From: a virus
Taxonomy: Duplodnaviria; Caudoviricetes
DNA: 64,000 nucleotides
Strand: one strand, 5' to 3'
IMG/VR virus record: IMGVR_UViG_3300028804_000002
Location: 84,086 to 148,085 of that record
Shown: positions 28,544-37,054 of the stretch, piece by piece
Layout: every line of letters starts with the position of its first letter
How positions within the stretch are numbered: position 1 is the stretch's first letter
Program-made: the position numbers and the translations under genes
The notes under the pieces: model-generated
The model's database searches: none
Seen by the model: only the letters and a program-made list of their open reading frames with translations
What the model was told of the DNA's origin: nothing

Positions 28544-28774
28544 CTACCGAGATTGTTCCTTAACCATTGCCCATATCCATAAACAAAGTAAGAGAGCATT
28601 GATTATACTCAAAATAACAAGTAAAACTAAACCTATCCAAAAAATGACATTCCACCATGATATTATTGCTATTAAAGAAATAACTGCAAATATAGCAGAT
28701 TTTCTCATACTATCAATAACATCTTTAATGGTAAGTATAAGACCTAAAAAAGAAAATAAAGCAATTGCTAACAT
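28544..28774 (-). CDS. Small membrane protein
   Basis: Three hydrophobic segments. Confidence 0.5.
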   Translation of the reverse strand: MLAIALFSFLGLILTIKDVIDSMRKSAIFAVISLIAIISWWNVIFWIGLVLLVILSIINALLLCLWIWAMVKEQSR

Positions 28775-29002
28775 ACTTATTCAATTTTAACTATTAATCT
28801 TATTATTAAAATAGAGCCGTCCTATAGAAATAGGATAGCTTTGTACTACGGCCCCGTAGTAACTGATAGTAATTTAATGTGATTTAGAGAGATATCTTTG
28901 GTGGTAGTATTAAACTACCACCGCCGATATCATATAAGCCGTAAACGAGTAACAGCTATTTCTTGTATCAAAGGTGTGGTTTTACACAATCCTTTTAATT
29001 TT

Positions 29003-29356
29003 TTAATCAATATTAATAAATGCATTTATTATTTCACCATCAGCAAATACTCTACCCTCTGTAAAATATCCATTTTCAAAAGCTTTTTGTATATCTTCTG
29101 GTTTATACCAATGATTTTCATCTCTTACAAAGTATTTAATTTCTGTATTAGATACAATCCATCCTTTAGATGATTTAGATACATTATAAGTGTCAAAAAG
29201 CTTTTGAAATATTCTTGTAATTGCAGATGTAGAAGCAGCTATCAGAGCAGTATCCCAATGTGGAAATATACCTGATTTTTTGTGGAATTCTATTTTTTGA
29301 TTTGCATCTAATAATTTCCACCATTTTAAAGCTCTTGTTCTTAATTCTATATTCAT
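29003..29356 (-). CDS. Hypothetical protein, paralog of 32552
   Basis: ALKWWKLL...PHW...ASTSAI. Confidence 0.6.
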   Translation of the reverse strand: MNIELRTRALKWWKLLDANQKIEFHKKSGIFPHWDTALIAASTSAITRIFQKLFDTYNVSKSSKGWIVSNTEIKYFVRDENHWYKPEDIQKAFENGYFTEGRVFADGEIINAFINID

Positions 29357-29500
29357 AGTAGTAAATTTAAAAAATATGGTTATATCTGCCTTTCATGTTT
29401 ACTGGCGATGAACCCAGCAACCTAATCCAATTAGATAGGAAAACCTCACAACCAGCTCTTATCTTCAGCATCATCTGTTAAGAATCAGAGCTAGTTATTA

Positions 29501-29830
29501 CTAACCTTTTATCATATTACAAATAGGATTGATTAATCTCATTTGTCTTTCATTAAATACTACTACTTGATTTATATAGGCTTCGGGAGTAAAACATTGT
29601 CCATTCCACCAAATAGTATTATAATTCCAATTCTCCTGAATACTAATAGTATGATTAACCATGCCATCAGCTGTTATTCTAAATTGGTCACCATGCTTGG
29701 CTCTGTTGAGATTTTGTACACTAAGTTCCATAAAGCATAGTCTATTTAGGAAATTTTTTAGGTTCTTCTTCGTGAGTATATAGTAGCCGTAACATTTATG
29801 ATTGCCAAACATGTTTGAATGATAATCCAA
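29501..29830 (-). CDS. Hypothetical protein (probably starts at MELSVQ)
   Basis: ORF track. Confidence 0.45.
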   Translation of the reverse strand: MDYHSNMFGNHKCYGYYILTKKNLKNFLNRLCFMELSVQNLNRAKHGDQFRITADGMVNHTISIQENWNYNTIWWNGQCFTPEAYINQVVVFNERQMRLINPICNMIKG

Positions 29831-30144
29831 ACTTCCTGATAACTTAATGTCCCCATGCCATACATTACGGGAGATGGATTAAACCATCCTCCAATACCCA
29901 CAGACATAAGTATAAAGCCCATAATACCAGCAAAAGTGGCCTTATAGGAGTAAATTTCTCTGAAAGATACCACTCCTATACTACGGATATGAGCCTTAAA
30001 CAGGAAATTTACCACAATACTCAAGAGAGCAAAGGGTAAATCAAACACGAAGAGTATTCCACAAATGAAGCCAGCTCCCAATCCTTCTTTATGGTTAGGA
30101 TTAAAACCAGACATATTAAATGCCAAAATAAGTCTTTGTTTCAT
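29758..30144 (-). CDS. Multi-TM membrane protein
   Basis: Three hydrophobic helices. Confidence 0.6.
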   Translation of the reverse strand: MKQRLILAFNMSGFNPNHKEGLGAGFICGILFVFDLPFALLSIVVNFLFKAHIRSIGVVSFREIYSYKATFAGIMGFILMSVGIGGWFNPSPVMYGMGTLSYQEVWIIIQTCLAIINVTATIYSRRRT

Positions 30145-31227
30145 AACATGAATTTTGGTTGAGTTATAAAGAATATAAATATAGCTGACTTTCTATTCAT
30201 GTGGACTCCCTATGGTATATGATTAAGAAAAGCTTTCTACTGAGTGCTTGTCATTTAAAATAATCTTACCAAAATATTATCTTCCACCGAACTATATCTA
30301 TATTTTGACACAAAATACCCTGATTAAAGATGCTTTATCAGCTTTTAAGTTTAAACTCTTAGCAATCAAGGATGAATTCATTTAAAAAGTAGACTGTAAA
30401 CACCTCATAATCTCTTCTTAGCCTCCTCTATACTTTCGTACTAGGTTAGCGGTGGATGCGTCTTTCGACAGCACCGAAGAGGTACAGTTCACTTTGTTAT
30501 TCGTATGCACTAATATCTTGATTATCAACACTATGAATATACGGTGCTATGAGTTTGTATCTCAACTCCGTCAAGCTCTTACGTCTTCTCAGATATTCAG
30601 TAATTTACCATTACTCTTTATAACATTGATAATCAAGAATATAAGCCCCAAGAGAATATAAATACAGTAAGAGTATAAACGTAGAAATACTTTGATTAGC
30701 TCTTATTTTAGCTACGTTTGGACTATAATGTATTTGGGAGCAACTTCAAGTTATAAATAATATTGGAGCGGACGTACTGCTTCACGGCTCTTGCCTTCAA
30801 CTACTAGTTCTATCGTAGTCAATACTATTAATAATTAAAACGAGGTATTAGTGTTTTATTTATTATATATTTATAAATACATAATTTCTTACACTAATAC
30901 CTCTTAAAAAGTTGATCCGTGTGTGCTGATAACCAATCAGCCAGGTTTTTATGATTCTAATTGTCATTAGATATCTGACCCGATTTCTACCCTCAAATAA
31001 TAATACTGCAAATATCACTTTGAGGATCACAACAAATTTTGCAGTTTTGTTGCATAGCCATTTTTATACGTTTATAGTTAATTAGACGTATGTTTCTGGC
31101 CCTTCTAAATAATTTTTATATATTTCTTAACATATCTAGTAAAATATTAATAATAAATTATTAGATTCCGGGTGATCTGCAATGCATAATCTGAATTTTT
31201 GTTGATAAGTATTTTTGATCTATTTAC
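30145..31227 (-). ncRNA. 1.1-kb non-coding array of back-to-back stem-closed modules
   Basis: Inverted repeats at 30172/30290, 30387/30484, 30516/30626 (13 bp perfect), 30677/30712, 30842/30891 (13 bp perfect), 30911/31025. Confidence 0.5.
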
Positions 31228-31890
31228 TTACCAGGGTGAATAATGTTCCATTCTAGACCTATGTTTGGGTTTTGGTCTAATTAATGGCTTTTTTTTACCA
31301 TATGTATATTTGAGTCTTCGTACGATATTCTGACAATTAAGAATACGCTTAATTAAAAGCTCATAATCAAATGTCATTTCACCAATACGAAACTCAAGGG
31401 TGTGTACTCTTTTTGATACCCAACCAGCTTTTACACTACTGACTTGTCTCTCATTAAAACTACCTTTATATCCCCATTTATCAAGCGATTTGAGTATCCA
31501 ATCGTGATCTTGACAACTAATGAAACTATGAATGTCCCAAAAATCACCCATATCAATATGGTAATGAATACCACTTCGATCATTTAATCCACAATGAGTT
31601 TTAAGCCATTCTGAAATGTGATATAAACAAATCATACCTTTTATACCTGGAGGTATTCTGAATCTTTTCTCCATTGAATCATGATAATAATGCATTAAAT
31701 ATGGTATATTTAATGGTTGTAATTGTTCTGTAAGATCGCAATTCCAACAACATTCAACTTCGATTCCAGTGCTATAAGGTAGGTATGCCTTGGCAATAGC
31801 AATAAGCTTTTTGTCGGTTAACGAATGTAAGGCTAAGGGAGATTTATAAATCATCTCCCTTAACGTACCATAATTAATACTCACCGGCAA
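31228..31890 (-). CDS. Putative amidoligase (COOH-NH2 ligase type 2)
   Basis: TGIEVE ... E.R ... GIHYHID ... TLEFR; ATG 31854 is an alternative start. Confidence 0.65.
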   Translation of the reverse strand: MPVSINYGTLREMIYKSPLALHSLTDKKLIAIAKAYLPYSTGIEVECCWNCDLTEQLQPLNIPYLMHYYHDSMEKRFRIPPGIKGMICLYHISEWLKTHCGLNDRSGIHYHIDMGDFWDIHSFISCQDHDWILKSLDKWGYKGSFNERQVSSVKAGWVSKRVHTLEFRIGEMTFDYELLIKRILNCQNIVRRLKYTYGKKKPLIRPKPKHRSRMEHYSPW

Positions 31891-32047
31891 AAGATTTTCC
31901 AGTTATAGCCTTGGTTTCTTTTTTGTTGATCAGCGCCTCCAATTTAGCTTTGTAGTCATCGGCTGTCTCTCCTTTTTGTTTTGGAGGATATTTGATTTGC
32001 TTTTGATTACATACTTCTTGCAGGCCTTTAATTGTTAACTTTGTCAT
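31874..32047 (-). CDS. Small SAP/Rho-N-like protein (57 aa), absent from ORF track
   Basis: MTKLTIKGLQEVCNQKQIKYP...KAKLEALI. Confidence 0.5.
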   Translation of the reverse strand: MTKLTIKGLQEVCNQKQIKYPPKQKGETADDYKAKLEALINKKETKAITGKSFAGEY

Positions 32048-32089
32048 CTCATTTAAGTTTAAAAAGTGATTGTTATGTTTTTAAAAAGT

Positions 32090-32546
32090 TTAATCTTTAT
32101 TTTGTTCTATAGGTATTACTTTAACAGTATAGTTTGTAAGACTATTTTCTTCTGCTGCTAAGTCACCCATTTGATATGCAATTTCGTGTGATCCGTAGCC
32201 CTCAAAATCTTGTCTTAATTGACTAGATAATACACACTTATTATCTTGCCAAACTTCATAATGATATTTCATAAAATGAACTTTAAAAAAATTATTAAAC
32301 ATTAATTTCGTTTACTGTACGTTTAATGTTAATCATATCAAAATGAAGTGTTGGTCCCTCCTTTGTAAAAAAATAATTATATTTAATTTCTGTGCCATTA
32401 CATATAACTATTTTATTACCATAGCTTTTAGCTATTTGAATTCTATTGGAGTCAGTCATATACCACAAAAGTGTACGTGATAATTTAAGTAATTCTTCTT
32501 CTGATTTAAGAAATACTTTATCTCCTTTTTCTGGTATTAGTTTCAT
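32090..32546 (-). CDS. Two small hypothetical proteins (32090-32302, 32295-32546)
   Basis: ORF track; packed operon. Confidence 0.5.
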
Positions 32547-32551
32547 AATAT

Positions 32552-32806
32552 TTAATTTTGTGGACTTATTATTATATGAATCATACTAATAGTTGATGTA
32601 GATGCATCTACCATTTGTAATGTCCAATTTGGCATGATTTTGGTTTGTTTCCAATACTTCTCTTTATCAGTTTCAGATAAACCTCTCCACCATGCTAATG
32701 CTATAGCTCTTTGATTAGGTGGATCAACATATTTTATAGGTAATCCATTTATACCGTTAGTTTTTCCACTTTTCCATTCTTCTTCTGGTATTTCTTGATA
32801 TGGCAT
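32552..32806 (-). CDS. Hypothetical protein, paralog of 29003
   Basis: ALAWWRGL...PNW...ASTSTI. Confidence 0.6.
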   Translation of the reverse strand: MPYQEIPEEEWKSGKTNGINGLPIKYVDPPNQRAIALAWWRGLSETDKEKYWKQTKIMPNWTLQMVDASTSTISMIHIIISPQN

Positions 32807-32817
32807 AAGTATTGAAT

Positions 32818-33230
32818 TTAATTATCTTTGATAAATGTATATATTAAATAGACTAACATGCATATTAGTGCACATGCTAATAAACTCATTATTAAATGAA
32901 ACCAGAACGGTTGAGGCTCAGATTCATGAGATTTAACAAATGTGGCTAATAAATATGATCCTGTAATATATAAACTTAATCCAAGTATGATAAATGTGAT
33001 TTTCTTTAGTTTTGTAATCATTTTATTGATTTATTAAACCAGTCATTAAGAGATATATATTCAAATAGCATAAAAATGAATATAAACCACCAAAATACTG
33101 AACACATGAAAATAGACATTATTACATCTCCATTTGTCACTGTTCCAAATTCTCTTTTGTACCATCTTAGGTTAAATGGAATAGATATTATCCATCCAAC
33201 TATCCATAAGACTATTAAGAATGTTGCCAT
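32818..33230 (-). CDS. Two small 2-TM membrane proteins (32818-33021, 33018-33230)
   Basis: Hydrophobic helices. Confidence 0.55.
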
Positions 33231-33976
33231 TTAAAATATACTTTTAAGTTTTGGAAATATAATGTACTCTCTGTTCTTTCCAGAATACTCTCTCTCATCA
33301 TCATTATTAGCTTGGAATATCATCAGCATATTGTTTTCTATCCATATACTTGATACTATAAATTGTCCAGCTTTAAATGTGGTGGATTTCTCTATCCAAC
33401 CATCACACAGTTCTAATATTTTGATAATATCTGATGCATTTAGATCTGTTAATACAAGATTATGACCTGATATTTCAATAAATTTCTCTTTATGGTTCTT
33501 TCTGAAATCAATTATCTCTTGTTGTATTTGTTGAGGTAATAAATGGAAGTTCATAAGATATGATTTAATTAAATGAATATTCTATCATAATAGCATCATT
33601 TATAGATATATATTGATTAATAATAGCAAATCCTTTTACAAATAATCTACCATTAAAATAACAATATCTATCCCAATAATCTGGGCTATGTTTAATACAA
33701 TAAAATAAATCTGTGATATTCATAAGCTGTGGATTATTTAATTTTATGTCTATAACCATGCATAACAAAATTGTAATAATACAGATACACTAAGTTCATT
33801 TGTGTACCATTTATACTACCTTCTTGTTTATACTGATTATGAATTATACTTAGTTTGTTCTTTTCTTCAATATTAAGATGAGGATTAATTTCACGACTTT
33901 TAAGTGCTCTTATCATAGATGTAACAAGAACACCTCTGTATTCTTCTCTATATATTCTTCTAGTTATCTTTTCCAT
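33231..33976 (-). CDS. Three small hypothetical proteins (33231-33554, 33565-33768, 33734-33976)
   Basis: ORF track; packed operon. Confidence 0.5.
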
Positions 33977-34023
33977 TGCTTTTGATTCATTTAGTTATAA
34001 AGTTGATAATTTTATACTTAGTA

Positions 34024-34067
34024 ATAAATAAAGATTAGCCCAGGATATTACTACCCCAAGCTAACCT
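34024..34067 (-). terminator. Terminator-like hairpin
   Basis: Minus strand aggttagcttgggg-tagtaata-tcctgggctaatct then ttatttatt. Confidence 0.55.
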
Positions 34068-34074
34068 AAAGAGA

Positions 34075-34311
34075 TCAATCTTCTACAAAATGAAAACTAT
34101 TTCTATGTTGAATAAGCTCATTTCTTTCAGCTTGTAATTCATCAACAAGATAGTTCCATTCAAGATTATACTGATAGTTATCAGATATATCTTCAATATC
34201 CTCAGCAGTAACACGATTAGATTGTTTAAGAGCTTTTATTTCTAACAGTTCTTTATCAATCTCATCTATTCTCTGTTGAGTCTGTTCTTCAGTGAGGTCA
34301 TTAATGGTCAT
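34075..34311 (-). CDS. Small acidic helical protein downstream of hammerhead ribozyme
   Basis: 78 aa, D/E-rich. Confidence 0.65.
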   Translation of the reverse strand: MTINDLTEEQTQQRIDEIDKELLEIKALKQSNRVTAEDIEDISDNYQYNLEWNYLVDELQAERNELIQHRNSFHFVED

Positions 34312-34322
34312 AAAATAAGTTT

Positions 34323-34371
34323 AGGTTAGACATATAATATGTTTCGACTATTTAAGTCTCATCAGTAACCT
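34323..34371 (-). ncRNA. Type I hammerhead ribozyme
   Basis: Minus strand AGGUUA-CUGAUGA-GACU(uaaau)AGUC-GAAA-CAUA(uua)UAUG-UC/UAACCU; all core nucleotides and three stems intact; GUC cleavage between 34329 and 34328. Confidence 0.92.
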
Positions 34372-34445
34372 TTGGTTATTGAAGGGTGTAATATCATCCT
34401 CACACACCTTTATTTTGATGAAAAACTAATGTTTTAGTGTTATAT

Positions 34446-34640
34446 TTACTCAAATAGCCTTGTTATTAGCCATATTAATGCTGTTAATAATAAAAATATC
34501 CATACATTATACATAATATGAGTATACATTGGCATATTTTGATGAGTTGTTAACATAAATGGAAATATATATCCCCAATATATTGATATCCATAATAAAG
34601 AGCCACACCAAATTGATATCCGTGTAAATAATTTGTTCAT
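34446..34640 (-). CDS. Small 2-TM membrane protein
   Basis: Hydrophobic helices. Confidence 0.5.
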   Translation of the reverse strand: MNKLFTRISIWCGSLLWISIYWGYIFPFMLTTHQNMPMYTHIMYNVWIFLLLTALIWLITRLFE

Positions 34641-35011
34641 AGTTAGAGGTTTAAAACACTATCCGCAGCAATCTAATAGAACTCCGGCCATACAGCCGGC
34701 TCTTATTAGATGCTTTGGACAGTCAATTATCTACTAGCATGAGACTAATAGACTTTTAATTTAATGTGTCAGAGGTTAATTAATTCATTTAAAAGCTTAA
34801 TATTAATACTTACTTAAACATATCTTTATCATATATCTAATAGCACATGCCTTTAGGACTTACAGGATATTAATATTAAAAGCTTTGGATAATACTTATT
34901 TTAAAGGACAAATAACCTAACAGAATAGTACTATAAAAGTAAAGGCATGAAAAACAAGAACACAACGCATTTCTACGCTGTGTTCTCCGCTACAATCTCA
35001 TGCTTGGTCTT

Positions 35012-35530
35012 TTACGTACCGAGGTCTTCTTCACCTTCTGCTCCTGCTCCTGCGTTCTGTAATATGGCTGCTGCTGCTTCTACTTCATCAGCTGCTGGTT
35101 CGAGTGGTTCAGCTGGCTTTTCTGCAGGTGCTGCAGGTGCTGCTACAGTCCGTGTGTTGGAAGCCTGTCCCAACATAACCATTGCAGCATGCTCACCCAA
35201 TTTGGCGTTACGTGCAGCTCTGATTTGTGCAGCATCTTCGATATCCATGGCGACACTTTCATTTGTGTCGTCAATCACGATTCTGTTGTTCACGGTGATT
35301 GTAAGGTTGAAGGTCTTCTGCGCTACTCTGCCTTGTGCCAGATTAGGTACAAACCAGAATAACGGCTGACCCGAGGCTGACAGTGTGAGGTCTTCAACAG
35401 CTTTACCGATGGCATCTGCCTGTGCTGCTTTGTAAGCTGCAAGCTCCTTTGCTGTGCCTGCTACTGTGTAAGTGTAAACCACTTGTCCAGTTGATTTACG
35501 ATACTTACCGTTAAGTGTTGCTTTTAACAT
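35012..35530 (-). CDS. First gene of the minus-strand block; Ala-rich protein with acidic tail
   Basis: GC-rich biased codons; beta-rich N-half; possibly ssDNA-binding-like (uncertain). Confidence 0.7.
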   Translation of the reverse strand: MLKATLNGKYRKSTGQVVYTYTVAGTAKELAAYKAAQADAIGKAVEDLTLSASGQPLFWFVPNLAQGRVAQKTFNLTITVNNRIVIDDTNESVAMDIEDAAQIRAARNAKLGEHAAMVMLGQASNTRTVAAPAAPAEKPAEPLEPAADEVEAAAAILQNAGAGAEGEEDLGT

Positions 35531-35718
35531 AAAACTTTGTGTTTAAACGTTTAGAATTATTGTTATTAATTGAATATAAGTTTCATTGATTGTGCAAGAC
35601 AAGGGGGTACTCCACAATCGCTACATTAGGGTGGGGTCAATTTGAGGGTACTTACTCACTCACCTCATAAACACCAAAAATTTTACTCAAAAATATTTTT
35701 AAAATAATTACCAATTAA

Positions 35719-35750
35719 TTTGGAAAATTAATAAAAGAGTAGTACCTTTG
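35719..35750 (+). promoter_or_regulatory. Primary-sigma promoter TTTG-N20-TACCTTTG
   Basis: Canonical; ATG 4 nt downstream. Confidence 0.85.
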
Positions 35751-35754
35751 TAGT

Positions 35755-36355
35755 ATGATAAAATTAACAATAACTACAGAAATTGATATTACTAATAATT
35801 ATTTAGTAATTGAAGATGATAAAAAATATTATGTACAATCCTGTAGAGATAATTATGCTGGTGCACATTTTGAAACTACAGGTGATAAAGTAAAGGAGTT
35901 TCTTGAAAGAATAAAAAGTAATAAATCTCAGTATGATATACAAATATATAAAAGATAAAAAATAAAAAAATAACAATAGAAGACATTGAGAAAACCATGG
36001 ATGAAATTTATGGTAAAATGTCACAAAAAGAAATAGATGATTTGTTTATAAGAGACCTCGGTAATGGATTATATAGACTACCTGGGGGTGTTATTACTGG
36101 CGAAGGTGGAGTTAATTTATTTAATAAAGTACTTAAAGAAGAAGCAGAAAAAAATTTAAGAAAGAAATGAAAATAATATATAGAGATAAAGAAACAAACG
36201 AAGAAATTATAGATAACAATGGTTGGTTATTTATAAGAGATAATGAATTATGGGCTTGTAATTTTGGAAGTGGTAATTCAGATGATACACATATGTGGGC
36301 AGGAGAAGCTTGGAAAGTAAGTGATGATTTTTATATAGAAGTAAATAATAAGTAA
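35755..36355 (+). CDS. Three small hypothetical ORFs (35755-35958, ~35997-36170, 36167-36355)
   Basis: ORF track plus an intervening 57-aa ORF (MDEIYGK...). Confidence 0.5.
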
Positions 36356-36401
36356 TTTTGATTATTCATAAAAAAGAGTTATATTGTACTAAAAACAAAG
36401 C

Positions 36402-37052
36402 ATGAACAAAGAAAATAGAATTAGAAAAAAAGAGATTAAATACGATGTTGAACTTAATGCAGAACAAAGAGAGGCTAAGTCTCTTATAATGGATAATCAA
36501 ATAGTAATAGTTACAGGAGTAGCAGGTACAGGTAAATCATTAGTTTGTGCTCAAGCCGCTCTTGATTTTATAAATAAAAAACAAGTAGAAGAAGTATTTG
36601 TAACTAGAGCAGCGATAGAAGTAGGTAAAAGTTTGGGTTATTTACCAGGATCTCTTGAAGAAAAATTCAATCCATACTTAGAAGGCTTTAGAGATAATTT
36701 ATATAAATGTACTGATAAGATAATAATAGATGAAATAGTGAAACAAGGTAAGGTTAAAGCTTTACCTGTACAATTTATTCGTGGCAAAACTATAGATGAT
36801 TTACTAATAGTAGAAGAAGCTCAGAATCTTACCAGACATGAGATTCTTGCACTATTAACTCGCTTAGGTAAATCCGGTAAAATAATCATAAACGGGGATA
36901 ACGAACAGCGTGATATTAAAGATGACTATACTGGACTTTCTTATGCTATTGAATTATCTAAAGCTATTCCAGAAATTAAATGGATTAGTCTTAAAGAAAA
37001 TCATAGAAGTGGATTAATTGGTAAGATATTAGAATATGAATACAATCATTAA
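36402..37052 (+). CDS. phoH: PhoH-like ATPase
   Basis: GVAGTGKS, LGYLPG, FIRGKT, EEAQN, TRLG, GDNEQRD. Confidence 0.92.
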   Translation: MNKENRIRKKEIKYDVELNAEQREAKSLIMDNQIVIVTGVAGTGKSLVCAQAALDFINKKQVEEVFVTRAAIEVGKSLGYLPGSLEEKFNPYLEGFRDNLYKCTDKIIIDEIVKQGKVKALPVQFIRGKTIDDLLIVEEAQNLTRHEILALLTRLGKSGKIIINGDNEQRDIKDDYTGLSYAIELSKAIPEIKWISLKENHRSGLIGKILEYEYNH

Positions 37053-37054
37053 TA

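Noticed and set aside
29402-29425. cgatgaacccagcaacc resembling a SAM-I riboswitch segment
   Set aside because: On the non-transcribed strand and lacks the P1 AUC/GAU, kink-turn and pseudoknot elements
30145-31227. CRISPR mini-array or TIGR-like array
   Set aside because: No direct repeats between units; the Cas4-like nuclease at 42174 is a common stand-alone phage gene
34947-35369. 140-aa plus-strand Ala/Ser-rich ORF
   Set aside because: Mirror frame of the GC-rich minus-strand gene 35012-35530
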